Shown here: piece after piece, positions 1 to 11,678 of the stretch | Numbering within the stretch: the first letter of the stretch is position 1 | Layout of the letters: every line of letters starts with the position of its first letter | Source: Phaeosaccion multiseriatum | Lineage: Eukaryota > Protista > Ochrophyta, other classes | NCBI GenBank assembly: GCA_965112735.1 | Contig: OZ218950.1 | Coordinates: 5,766,001-5,830,000 of the forward strand | Direction of reading: 5' to 3' | DNA length: 64,000 nt | Translations under genes and position numbers: made by a program | Notes under the pieces: model-generated | Told to the model about the DNA's origin: nothing | Databases searched by the model: none | The model's input: the letters and a program-made list of their open reading frames with translations, nothing else

Positions 1-40
1 CTTACCCTACCCTATACCCTGCCCTATACCCTACCCTACC

Positions 41-171
41 CTATACCCTACCTGGTTCTTTGCGGGCCTCGCTGGCCAGACTCAGTGCCTTGATGGTGTT
101 CTTAATAGGCCCGATGAGTGTGCTCTTGGCGGGGTAAGAGCCCTGCCACAAGCAGCCACACACACACACAA

Positions 172-206
<35 letters not shown>

Positions 207-3200
207 GCAGTGGGGGAGGGGCGAGTTAGGCCATGCATACAACAGGACAATAGCAACAACCACAACAAAAGAAAAGGGCCGCAAGAAGAGTGATTGGAGG
301 TACACACAACAACACAACACAACACCGTATATGGCGAATATGGCAGACAATAACACAACACCGTAACGTATATGGCGAAGCCCGTCCGTCGAAGCAAAGC
401 AAAGCAAAGCCTCTTTGGGCGTACGCGACAGAAAAAGTTCTCTCTCTATCCCTCCAGCTCTCTATCTGTGTCTCCACCTCTCCATCTCTCTCTATATGTG
501 TCTATCCATCTCTATTGCTCTTACTCACTCACTCACTCGTTCACTCACGCCCTCCCTCACTCACTGACTGAATCACTGACTCACTGACTCATTCAATCAC
601 TCGCTCGCTCACTCACTCACTCACCCCCCTCCCTCATTCACTCACTCACTCACTGACTCAGTGACTCCTTCAATCACTCCCTCCCTCCCTCACTCACTCA
701 CTCACTCACTCACGCCATCACGCACTCACCAGCACCCTAACGAAGGGGGCCATCTCCTTGAGGTGCGAGAGGGCGTTTTGGGCGCCGTCGGAGAGCTCGC
801 TGGAGAGGAAGTCTGAGGAGCGAAGGAGGGAGGAAGGGAGGGGGAGGAGGGAGGAGGGAGGAAGGGAGGGGGGGGAGGGAGGAAGGGAGGGGGGAGGGAG
901 GAAGGGAGGGGACGAGTGTGAGCCTCTGATGGAGAGAGAGAGAGAGGAAGGAGAGAGGGATTAAGGGTACGAGCGTCTGAGGGAGACTGAGAGAGAGTGA
1001 GAAAACCGTTACGATGTGCTCACGTAAGCACACGTAAGCACACGCAACCACACCCGCTTGGCTCAAGGGGGCGAGGGGGAGGGGACGGACGACGGATGGA
1101 TGGGTAGTTAGTTGGCAAGTAGCCACAACACCACGCCACGCCACGCCACACCACGCCACACCCTCTCCTTGACTACTCACCTAGGTAGAAGCAGTACTCG
1201 AACCGGCGAAAGCCGTTGCCCGTCTCTCCCTTCCCGCCACTCCCCCCAGAAGCTCGAGCGCTGTATGGAGAGAAGGAAAAGGCCGAGTTGGGGGGGGGGG
1301 GGGTTGACGTGGTGATTTGGTGGTGTGAGGCAAAGATAAAACACTTCTCTCTCCCCCTCTGCCCCGCCACCTCTCTCCCTCTCTCCCTCTCCGCCTCTTG
1401 CGTCCCTGACCTGTTCTGCTGCGCGTGAAAGCGCAGGTACTGCAGCAGCGTGGACCCCGTGGGGCGACTCTCTATCTTGGAGAAGTCAATCTCACGCAGG
1501 GAGAAGCACGCCAGAGCCTTGTACAGAGCACCTTTGCAAGTTGGTGATGCAGCAGCAGTTGGTCAGTTGGTGATACAGCAATGAAATCCAATTGGAACAA
1601 ATTAAACCTTACCCGCCGAGTTGGGCAGCGTGAAAACGATGCTGGTCTTGGCAGACTGCGAAGGAGACAGATACACGCCTACGGGCTCGCGAGACAGCAG
1701 TAGGAAGCGAGTGAAGTTGACGTCGTCGTCCTTGGGAGTGAGTAAGGGGGGGCGGGCGGGTAGGAAGGGATATCGACGTTAGGGAGGGAGGGGGAGAGGT
1801 AAAGAGGGTGGGGAGATATAAGGGTTGGAGGAGTAAAAGGGGGACGAGAGATAGAGCTTGTAGACGAGAAGATCTTGTTCTCTTGTATCTCTCTCTCTCT
1901 CTCTCTCCCTCTCTTTCTCTCTCTCTCCCTCCCTCTCTCTCTCTCCTCTTGTTTCTTCACAGCCCCAAGTTGCTGCCTGTATGCAGCCCACGCAACGCAC
2001 ACAACGCACACACCCGTACCTCGCAGTTCTTCGCCAGAATTTCAAGTCCGTACGTCTGCGCGGCCAACTCGCTGAAATTCACACGCACGCACACGCACAC
2101 ACACGCAAAAAGGAGAAGGAGGGGGAGAGGGAGGGGAAGGGGGAGGGGGGATACTAAGAGAAGAGCCGCCATCTTCATCTTCATCTTCATCTTCAGGGGC
2201 CGACATTATCAGAGGGCTCTCCCGGCAGGTCATGGGCATGGCACCCCCCCCCCCCCACTCTCTCGATGGCACCGGACGGCTACCCATCCATGTGGGTCTT
2301 GAGCACTTGCCATGTCCCCCCCCCCCCTCACCCCAGCCCATCCCACGCCCTTCCACCACGGCTCCTCACGGGCCAGATCCCACGTCCCTCGTCCCGACAC
2401 CTCGTACCCACTCCAGACACCCACCCCGTATACCCACCTCGCGATGGCTGCGGCATCCGTGAGTCCCTCGTCCTTGATTATCTTGGCCGCCCCTGCTGTA
2501 TCGTAGGCAGGGGAGGGCTGGAGACCGCGGTCGCGCAGGAAGTGTTCGCACTGTGCCAGAGCCTGCGCCATACGCCATGTCAGACGGGGAGGGGGGTGAT
2601 TGGTTGGTTGGTTGGTTGGTTGGTTTGGACCAAAAGTCGAGGAGGAAGGAAAAGAGTAGATGCGTGCGATCGAAATATACGATAGAGATCCATTGAGATG
2701 GATGGATGCTGCGAGGAGGAGAAGGGTGTGAGGACCTTACATTACACCATTCCTGTATCAAACAAAGGAGCAGCGAAGGTTAAGAAAAAGAGAGAGCGAT
2801 ACTATGCTACATGCTACGTTGTCCCCCCTCACCGCCTCTGGTGTATCTGTGCAGTGGGCATGACGTGGCGATTGATCGATCGCCCGAGCCTCTGGCCGGC
2901 ACCCCTCCCTCCCTCATCACCCACACCTCACCCCTGTTGCTGCTACAATGGCACCGTTCCACAAAGGGCAAGGGGAGCACACACACAAACACACACACAC
3001 ACACACATACACACAAAACACGCGCGCACGCACACTCCATCGATTGCCATCCACCGCCATCCACCCCCTCATCTCGCCTACCGTACCTGAGTATGGGACA
3101 TGACCTTCTTCACATCGTCGATCTTTACGCCAGGCAGAGCCATCAGGCAATGTTCCACTCTGAACTCGTGCTCGCCTTTTTTTGGTGGTGGGGGGGGGGG

Positions 3201-4338
3201 GGGGGCCGGAGGCAAGGCAGAGGGAGGGCAGGACGGGACAGTCATCATCGGAGGAAGGGGGGAAGGGGGGAAGGGGGGAAGGGGGGAAGGGGGTGACGAG
3301 GGGTCGGGGTGAGAGGGGCAGAAGAAGAAAGTTGTTCGCCCGCCCGGGATGAGTGCTTTTGCATGAGAGGCAGAGAGAGAGGAGAGAGAAAGACGGAGAG
3401 AGAAACAGGGAGAGATAGAGAGAGACGGAGAGAGACTGAGGGAGAGAGAGAGAGGGAGGGAGGGAGAGATAGAGAGAGAGGGAGAGAGAAAGGGGGAGAG
3501 AGAGACACAATCTTGGTGGGCGCTGCCTGCCTGTCTGCCTATCTGCTTTACCTATGATGAAGAGATTGTATCTGAGGAGATTGTCATACACGGCGTGGAT
3601 TGACCCGCCCAACGAATTCTCAATGGGCACCATGGCGTAATCCGCCTGAGAGGACAGTGGACATACAGGACGAAGAGGACGAAGGAAAGACGACACAGAG
3701 GACGAAGAGGACGGAGGACAGAGGAGAGCACCCGAGGGGAAGGGGGCAAGGTTACAGCGTGGTGGTGGGCGGTTGTTTGGTCAGGGAGAGGAGGTGGGCC
3801 TCGGGAAGACAATCGGAGGTATGCCCCCCTCCCTCGCTCCCCGTGCCCAGCACCCACCCACCTCTCTGTTGGCCACACTCCGAAAGACATCCTCGAAAGT
3901 CTCACACCCCACTGCCACGACATCCCAACCCAGAAGCTCGCGCAGGCTCTTCTCGCTGTACGCCCCCGCTGCTCCTTGGAAGGCAACCTTGGTTTGGTAG
4001 GGAACCTGAGGCGACCCTGCGGAGAGCCCACGCGCGGCCATTGAGAGATCGCTGCTGCTGCCTCTTTCACTCCTTCTACTCCTCCTACCACTGATACTAC
4101 TCCTACTACGACAACTACTAGTACTTCTACTGCTGCTGCTTCTGGTTTTCCTCCCTGTGCTACTGCCAAGCCAATTCTCCCCTCTGCCGTTGCCACTGTG
4201 ACTTCTCCCGTAGCTCCTGCTGCTACTGGACGCGGCCGGTACCACCTGGAAGGCCTCTGCAACGGAGCTGGGGAAGAATACTTGTATGTAGGGGAGGGCA
4301 ACGGCCACTGAGCACCAAAGGAGCGATCCCCTAGTCAT
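41..4338 (-). CDS. ADT: Arogenate/prephenate dehydratase, predicted plastid-targeted; 10 exons (approx. 4338-3862, 3645-3552, 3174-3087, 2562-2438, 2072-2020, 1730-1613, 1531-1410, 1260-1181, 812-731, 142-41)
   Basis: The spliced translation has the PDT motifs KVAFQGAAGAYSE, VPIENSLGGSIH, VMSHTQALAQC, DTAGAA and NFTRF, and the ACT-domain motifs KTSIVF, GALYKAL, KIESRP, FEYCFYLD and VRVLGSYP. Introns are GT-AG. The N-terminus is hydrophobic and ends in AEA-FQV (ASAFAP-like). The start ATG is inferred. Confidence 0.93.
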
Positions 4339-4557
4339 GACCAGAGCAGGAACCACACAGGGAGAGCGAGAGGGGCTGCTGCTGCTACTGGCTCTCCTGC
4401 TGCCAGAAGAGGGAGAGATCTACTGGCTCTCCTGCTGCCAGAAGAGATTTGAGGGGTGGAGCTGCTACCGCTCTTCCTCATTCACAGACAGCGAGCCGGC
4501 CCTGTGATTCCACTCACAACTCAAAACTCGCTAGTACCACGGACGGACCAACAGCAG

Positions 4558-5560
4558 CAGCCGCCCAATATTCTTTCTCAACCAAAGCTTTAGTGAGGGT
4601 GCGAAAGCGCTGCCAACGGAAGCGGGGGTGGAACTGATGGAGAGTATGTTGACGACGCTTCCTGCGGAGACTTTCAGGCGGCATGGGCCACGTCGCCGGA
4701 AAGTTTCCGTAGGAAGCGTCGTCAACAGCACTCCCCATCACTCCCATCCCCTCTTCCATCGACAGCGCTTTCGCGCCGCCACTGAAGTTTTCGTTGAGAA
4801 ATAATATTGGGCGGCTGTTCCCGTTGGTGTTGGGGAACTTGTCGCGAAGCCATCGCACTCCCTGGTCCAGAATGAATCCGTCCACCTCAGTTCCGCTCTC
4901 CTCAAGCCCTTGACCTTGTGCCTCGCTCTGCGCAGCCACATTGTGTGAGGTTGTAAGAAGCAAGGCAAACAGAAAAGGGAATATCGGCTTTGTTGGAAAG
5001 GCGCCAAGAGGCAGAGCCGCTGGTCTCGATGCGGCCCAATATTCTTTCTCATCCAAAGCTTTAGTGAGGGTGCGAAAGCGCTGCCGACGGAAGCGGGGGT
5101 GGAACTGATGGAGAGTGCTGTTGACGGCGACGCTTCCTGCGGAGACTTTCAAGCGACATGGCCCTTCCAGGCCAACAACGGCGCCGGTCTCGATCTCTTG
5201 GTGGTTTCGCGCCACGCGCACTTTTATCTGGCCGTAATCGATCAACAAGGTCGCCGCATCATACTGCTCGAGAGCCTCCGACCCACCCATGCCGTGTCAC
5301 CAGCTGATAGAGCCCGCATTGAAAGCCAATATGAGGAGGTGGGACGAGGATTGTGCGCTCACGCTGAAAGGCTCGGCGGAGGAGAGTGGACCCTGCAAAT
5401 CCGCCATTCAGATGCCCAGGACCCATGTCCACGTTGGGTGGAGCAGATCTTCCTCTCCCAAGACTGTCATGTCATGGTGTTGAAGGCAATGAAGCGCATA
5501 GCGGAGGCTTGGCGGAACGAGCGAAGCACCCCAGTGAGGACAGTATACTCGAGCAAGTGC
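4558..5560 (+). pseudogene. Rearranged relic of a clan-CE cysteine protease (Ulp1/C48- or adenain-like), probably from a mobile element
   Basis: ORF 5099..5758 contains HFYLAVID...IILLESL and EQIFLSQDCHVMVL, giving the order H, E, Q, C. The upstream part of the domain (VDGFILDQGVRWL...RPILFLNENF) lies on the opposite strand at ~4680-4900. A ~130 bp segment is present in three copies. Confidence 0.55.
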
Positions 5561-6124
5561 GGGAAGGCATGCATAGAGAGCTGCAGCAGTGTCGGCTGGA
5601 GACCTGCTGGGCTTGTGCCCGGCAGACCTGGGCTCGTCGACTGCGCTGTCCGCCCACTGCCGAGGAGCAGCAGGGGGGGGGGGGGGGGTGAAGAGCCGCG
5701 TCGGAGTCAAGCCGGGGGGGCAAGGGAGGGCGAGAGCAAGACGGACCGAAGAGCGTGACGTCAGGGGGGTCGGACCCAGGGGGGTCGGACCCGTTGGGGC
5801 TGTGGCGGGGGTGGCGCGCGCGTCGAGCGGTGGAGGGGGCTCTTCCTCTGCTGTTTTCTTTTCGTAGCGACATCAGAGACATGGAGGAGGGCAGCCTGAC
5901 ACAGCCAAGGGGGGGAGGAGGAGGGGGGGGAATTTGTATACGAGTGGCCAGTCCACTAACGCCCCCCGCGAGCAAGAAGAAGAGAGTCCCAGCGGTGCGG
6001 TGCCAGTACAAGCAAGGCGCGCAACGGCAGGGCAGCCAGGGGAAAAGGGAAAAGGGAAAAGGGCTGCCGGGGGGAGAAAGGGCAGAATGTCGTCCACCAA
6101 GGCGAAAGGCAACAAGGTGAGCCC

Positions 6125-6159
<35 letters not shown>

Positions 6160-6642
6160 GAGGAGGAGGAGGAGGAGATGACGAGCATCTGCCATCGAGT
6201 GGTGAGGAGGAGGAGGAGGAGGAGGAGGAGATGACAAGTATCTGCCATCGAGTGGTGAGGAGGAGGAGGAGGAGGAGGAGGAGGAGGAGGAGGCGGCGGA
6301 GGACAAGGAAGTGGGGCAGGGAGGAAAGAGGAGCAGGAATGTGGTGCCAAAAAGGAAGAAGGTAAAGGCAGGTGGGCGGCAGCCGGCGGAAAGGGTCAAC
6401 AGGGAGGAGGAGAAGGAGGAGAAGGAGGAGGAGGAGGAGGAGGAGGAGGAGGGGGAAGAGGAAGGGGCGGAGAGGAGGAGGACGACGAGGGGTGGACAAC
6501 AGTGCAGAAAAAGAAGACGCGCAACCGGGTAACCTGCAGAAGCCGGTTGCGCGTCTTCTTTTTCTCTTCCTCTTCCAGTGCAGAAGGCAGGGACGCGGCA
6601 ACCGGCTTCTCAGGTGAGGGCCTACTTTCCCTGTTGTTCTCA

Positions 6643-6680
<38 letters not shown>

Positions 6681-6953
6681 CTGGGGGTACTCTCAATCGC
6701 TCTCTCTGCCTATTCTCGCTCATTCTCGCTCACGCGACCCTCTCCTTTGTTTTTGTCTGCCGTGCAGCAGGAGGAGGTGGGGCAGAAGGAGGCTGTGAAG
6801 GTGAAGCGTGCCGTGCAATTCCTCGGCGGCATTGTGGCCGGCTTCTTCTGCGCCTCTCGGGGGGCAGAGACACGACACGGCCGTTCGCCGAAGATGAGTT
6901 CGGCATCGCCCCCCCTCGAGACCAGCAGCTCTGCCTCTTGGCGCCTTTCCAAC
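4992..6953. repeat. 38-bp inverted repeat pair (4992-5029 and 6916-6953)
   Basis: GTTGGAAAGGCGCCAAGAGGCAGAGCCGCTGGTCTCGA matches the reverse complement of 6916-6953 with one mismatch. Confidence 0.9.
6506..6565. repeat. Perfect 23-bp inverted repeat with a 14-nt loop
   Basis: AGAAAAAGAAGACGCGCAACCGG (6506-6528) pairs with CCGGTTGCGCGTCTTCTTTTTCT (6543-6565). Confidence 0.92.
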
Positions 6954-7360
6954 GACCTTCAGCAGCAACATCAGGCGTTGTGGGTCCCAAGGGCAGAAAG
7001 ATGCATGTGTTGGCGGGTCCCCTCTTGAGCAAGCAGCTCCGCACTTCTGCTGTGGATCATTCCGAGCGTCTCAGCGAAGCAAGCCAAGCCAAGGCAAGCC
7101 AAGCCAAGGCGATTCTCATGGCGCCGTGCCCAGCAGAGACTGAGAAGAGGAAGGAGGGGCAGAGCAGCAGGAGGAGGGACAGCTCGTAAATCTTTGTGGA
7201 GTGCAGGCCCCAGTCGGTGGAGGGAGGGAGGAGAACTTCTCCAGCCTCGGCGAGGAAAACGGGCCAAAAATGGGGTCAGCTCTCCGTAAGCTCCTGAGAG
7301 TGAGTGAGTGCATGACAAGTCCTCTCTCTCAGAGTGCATGACAAGTCCTCTCTCTCGTTC

Positions 7361-7503
7361 GTCGTGAAGCGGCTCGGCCACAAATGAAACTTCTCCTTGG
7401 TCTACAGCATGGTTGCTCAGGCCTCCTTGACCCACTCGTTCGGTACAGCAACCATGCTGTACACCAAGGAGAACTTTCCTTTGTGGCCGAGCCGCTTCAC
7501 GAC
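7361..7503. repeat. 57-bp inverted repeat (3 mismatches) with a 29-nt loop
   Basis: Arms 7361-7417 and 7447-7503 compared base by base. Confidence 0.92.
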
Positions 7504-8372
7504 GACATTCCAAACTTCTTTTTTCTTTTCCCTTTTCCGGGCAGGCGGTCGACGGTATAAAAATGCGCCGATATCGAGATTCGCACATATTCCGCCTCTT
7601 TCATCCCAAGAGGGAAAGAAAGGAGCGCTCTCCATTCGTGTGTATACAAACGTCGTTTTAGGTTTCTCTATACAACGGAGATCCTGGAGGGATGAAAAGA
7701 AAAAGGGCACACTGCACGGAAGGCAATAGCAGTACGATGGCGTGCGTCTTTCCCCTCACCCGTACTCCCGTCTCTCCCTCTCCAAAAATTCTCACTCAGG
7801 CCATAGGCTCCCAATCTCTTCTTCTCCTTCTCCTGCTCTACCTCTCTCTCTCTCGCACGCTTTGCTTCTTCGCCCATTCACTCCCTACTACACTGTACCT
7901 ACTCTGCAAAGCTGCGCCGACTGCCACCTCCCTTCCCTTCCCTTCCCTTCCAGCGTACCGACTTCCACCTCCCCTTCCCTTCCCTTCCAGGGTACCGACT
8001 TCCCCTTCCCTTCCCTTCCCTTCCAGCGAGATCCCCGGTACGATGGAAGCGAAACACAACACCTCTGTAAGGTGACGTCCTTCGCTTCCGTCATGCCTCC
8101 ACCCGTTCCCTTCCATGCCTCACTGTGTCAATTCATTCATGACATCACCTGCTGCATACATGGGAGGCAGACCTCTCAACTCCCACCCTCCTCTGCCTAT
8201 CCATCTCCCCTCCCCTCCCCTCCTCTCCTCTCCTTGGATGCATGCATGTATATTCTGCCTCCCATCCACTCCATCTCCGTCCTCCCCTCCCTTCTCCTCG
8301 GATGCATGCACAAAATTCAAATTCATGCAGCGCATGCAAGCAAGACCCTACACTGAGCCCCACATCCAAAGC

Positions 8373-9440
8373 TTAGGCCTCCTCGCACCACTTGTTCTCC
8401 TCCCGGACCTGTGCCTCCTCCTCGGGCGTAAAGTCATTGACAATGTTGAACGTCTTCCTGATGCTCTCAGGGTCCTTGCCCTTGATCATGCTCGCCACAG
8501 TGGCGCATGTGAGGTCGAGGAGAGGCTTAATGTCCATGTAGTTGGCGGCGAGGATGAGCTCAAACAGCAGCTCCTGCTCAATATCAACAAAGTTTGCGTA
8601 CCACTCCTGCACCACTTCGCTCATGTTGGCAGACTTGAGGGGTTTTTCGATCTCATTCATGGCGTCACTACTGTAATGCCGGCAGAACTCAATCACCTGA
8701 GTTATATATATATATGTGTGTGGTAGTGGGGTGGGGGGGTTAGGGGGGGGGGTGCAGTCGGAGGTGTGTGTGTGCGCTGGTGACGAGAAAGGCTCGAGAA
8801 GGGGGCAGAGAACGACGCTGGTGGCGCGGCCAAGACGACATAGAGCGAGAGAGAAGCAACACCAGAGAGAGAGAGAGAGAGACGCAGCGAGAGAGAGGGA
8901 GAGAGAGAGTCCGACCTACCCACCACACCCCCTTACTGGCGCGTACCTTGGAGAGCACGTTGGCCTTGACGTTGGGCAGGGGGATCTCTTGGTCGCTCTC
9001 GTCCTCCGTCTCGTCATCGATCATTGTCTTCACGAGCTCAGACATCTTCGCCACCTGGATAAGTAGTTTATGTGGGTATGTATGCGGATATGTGGGAGGG
9101 TGGATGGGGGGGGAAGGTCGGTGAGAGACGGCCCAAGCGGTTGCGCCCAACAGCGGCGACAGAAAAGCGGCGACAAATTCCTCACAGAGTGCTTTTTCAA
9201 ATTCCCACCACTCGTGGCGGCGCGGAACCCCAACCGAGCTTCCCTCTCTCCTCTCCTCTTCCCCTGCCCAATTAAAACACAGTGCCTCCAACCACCCGGA
9301 AGCACAACAAGTAACTCCTCTATATCGCGCTCCACCCTCACCTTGGTGGGCACGTCGAAACTGTCCCCCTCCTGTGACACGAGGGCCACAGAGCGTGTAT
9401 CCTCCCCTGCGGCGCCGGAGCTCTCTGTCAAAGCGGACAT
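8373..9440 (-). CDS. SKP1: S-phase kinase-associated protein 1 (SCF adaptor); exons 9440-9342, 9054-8947, 8696-8373; 176 aa
   Basis: Motifs LVSQEGDSFDV, IPLPNVKANVLSKVIEFC, LFELILAANYMDIKPLLDLTCATVASMIKGK and IRKTFNIVNDFTPEEEAQVREENKW. Both introns are phase-0 GT-AG. Confidence 0.97.
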
Positions 9441-10750
9441 AATTAATGTCTTATGTAGTGTGTAGTGTGGGTGGTGGTGTGGATGTAAGGACTGAGGGAC
9501 CTGGATGGACGCAGTCGATCGCGAGGGCAGCATGGGAGAGGAAGAGGAGAAGAATGGTTGGGGTCAGGAAACAGGAAAAAGCAGCTCGGGGGGCGGGGGA
9601 AGAAGAACCAAAGCCTGGGGTGAGCGGCAGGCAGGCAGGCCGGCGCCATCCGAAACAGAGCACCCGGACCTCACTCCATCCCACACGATGGGCGAGCACC
9701 ACATCCTGCACTTAGCCACCACTAAGCCCTCGAAAAGGTGTCCGGGCACGGCCTTCCCTTCCCGACCAGCCCCCTCTCCCAATGTGCTTTTGCCTTCCAG
9801 ATCCTGTAATGGTCCTCAGAGCCGGCCCAAGTTAACGCCGCTGACTTCCCTACCCCCCACAGTGTCTTTCATTTTCGTACGAAGGTCATCCCTCCCGCGC
9901 CGCGGCCTCCGCAGACAAAAGGAGGGGGGAAAGAGCGGCTAAAGCAGCAAGGGGTGGGGGGAGCGCCCAGTAGCGCCAGTAGCAGCAGCAAGAAGCCCCG
10001 CAGATGCAGGAGCAGTACTCGAACACAATCCAGCGCCATCCTTACGTATAGTACCGGCCCGTCGATCGCTGTGCTTAGGCCTACCCGTCCCCTCCCTCCC
10101 GAAGCCCTCACCTTCCCTACAAATGTAATATTTCAAACCCTGAGAGTGTTTCGTTTATCGGCCACGAAACAAGCACCGCATAGCCCCTTTCAGAGCGTGC
10201 GCTGCTCCCCCCCACCCCCACCCTCTTCTTTCTTACTAAAGTGCACACAAGTCTCCCAAGCCCCCCCTCTTCAAGCGCCGCCGTTCCCGAATGTTTCGGC
10301 CCACATCCAAAGCCACTCTCATACAAAAACCCGCCGCGCCAGGACCGCGTGGATGGTGCCCTCGCTGCGTACATGGGTAAATAACTCCCTGCCTCACCTT
10401 GGTGCGTGTTGTTGCTGCGAGAGCTGAAGTTAAAGAGGGAACCCACGGTGGACAGTGGGAGTCCCGGGGTGGAGGGGACGCTGCCATAAGCTGCCTTCCT
10501 GTGTTTTGTTTTTGTCATGCTGAGTCAAGTCTTTGTTTTTGTTTGTTGTTCTCTCTCGGTCTCTTCTCTCTGTCTCTTCCTCTCTCTCTCTGTGTATCTC
10601 CATGTCAAATTGAGTCAAGATTTTGGGCCTTGGTCGAGAGAGGCAGGCAGGAGGGGAAGAGAGAGTCCTTCCGTGTGCGTGCAGAGAGAGAGATTGATTT
10701 GTGATCGAGAGGGCAGGCAGGAGGGGAAGACCCCTCCCCCTTGAGAGAAG

Positions 10751-11643
10751 ATGCTCGTATCAGCGGCAAAGAAAGCGGGGGGGGGCTTGCTGCGGCCCTT
10801 GGCCACTCAGCTAGGCTTGAAAGCCTCGACAACTGCCCCCGCTCTTCTCTTCTCGGCTGGGTGTTTTGGCGCGGTGAATGTGGTGGGTTTCGGCGTGACA
10901 GGTTCGTCGTGTTGCCGAGCTCTGCTGCTCGATATATGGGGCTTTGCTGCTCCTCGGTGCCGAGTTCTCCTGCCCGAAGCTGTGCCATCGCGTTGTCTGG
11001 TCTTTTCCCTCTGAACTCTACTGCTCCTCTCTCCCTCCTACCACCCCCAGCCATTTGCAAGACGCATAAAATCACGGACCTGACCGGTACAGGCAAGTCC
11101 AAGGGAAGGCCGGAAGATCTCTGCGTGGTGAGCATGATTTCGAGAGGTAAACCTGTGGAGTCTCGTGTCGCTTGTTCTGTGCCGATTCCCTCTCAGGTGC
11201 CTTCGCCCTGTCTGCGGCTGCGAACATGTATCGAAATTTCGGAAGTGTATTGGGAATCGGAGGAGCGGGTAGCAAGCTGGCCCCCATTCCAATGAGAGTT
11301 CGCCTGCTCAATACGGCCGTGGGGCTGTGGAGCGCTAGGCTGGCAGGCTACCTCTTCGCCAGAATCCTCATCACGGGAGAGGATGAGCGCCTGGGGCGCT
11401 TCTTCCCGGAGAAGGTACACGAACGGGAGAGGAAGGGAGGGAATCAAGAGGCGTGGTCGTCCTGATAGGTGCTGCTGAGTGCCCACCCTTGACAAACGGG
11501 GGTGTTGATCGCCGCGGTGAAGGTCTCGACTGCTGTCGAAGCTCCGCCTCATCCCCTCCTTCCCTCCTTCCGTCTCTCTCTCTCTCTCTCTGTCTGTCTG
11601 TTTGTCTCTCTCTTTTTTTCTCCTCCCTCCTTCCCTCCTTCCT

Positions 11644-11678
<35 letters not shown>

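Noticed and set aside
1-50. CCCTA/CCCTATA repeats at the window start resembling a telomere
   Set aside because: Short, irregular, not CCCTAA or CCCTAAA, and contiguous with the ADT stop codon. Best read as a 3' UTR simple repeat, although the sequence beyond the edge is unseen.
5760-6500. Lys/Glu/Arg-rich ORFs as a separate gene
   Set aside because: Frames are broken and dominated by GAG repeats and a local duplication. No domain recognised; probably decayed sequence of the same relic.
9500-10700. Several 70-160 aa ORFs between SKP1 and DUF1295
   Set aside because: No recognisable motifs and no consistent splice model. Treated as UTR or promoter DNA, though a small gene cannot be excluded.
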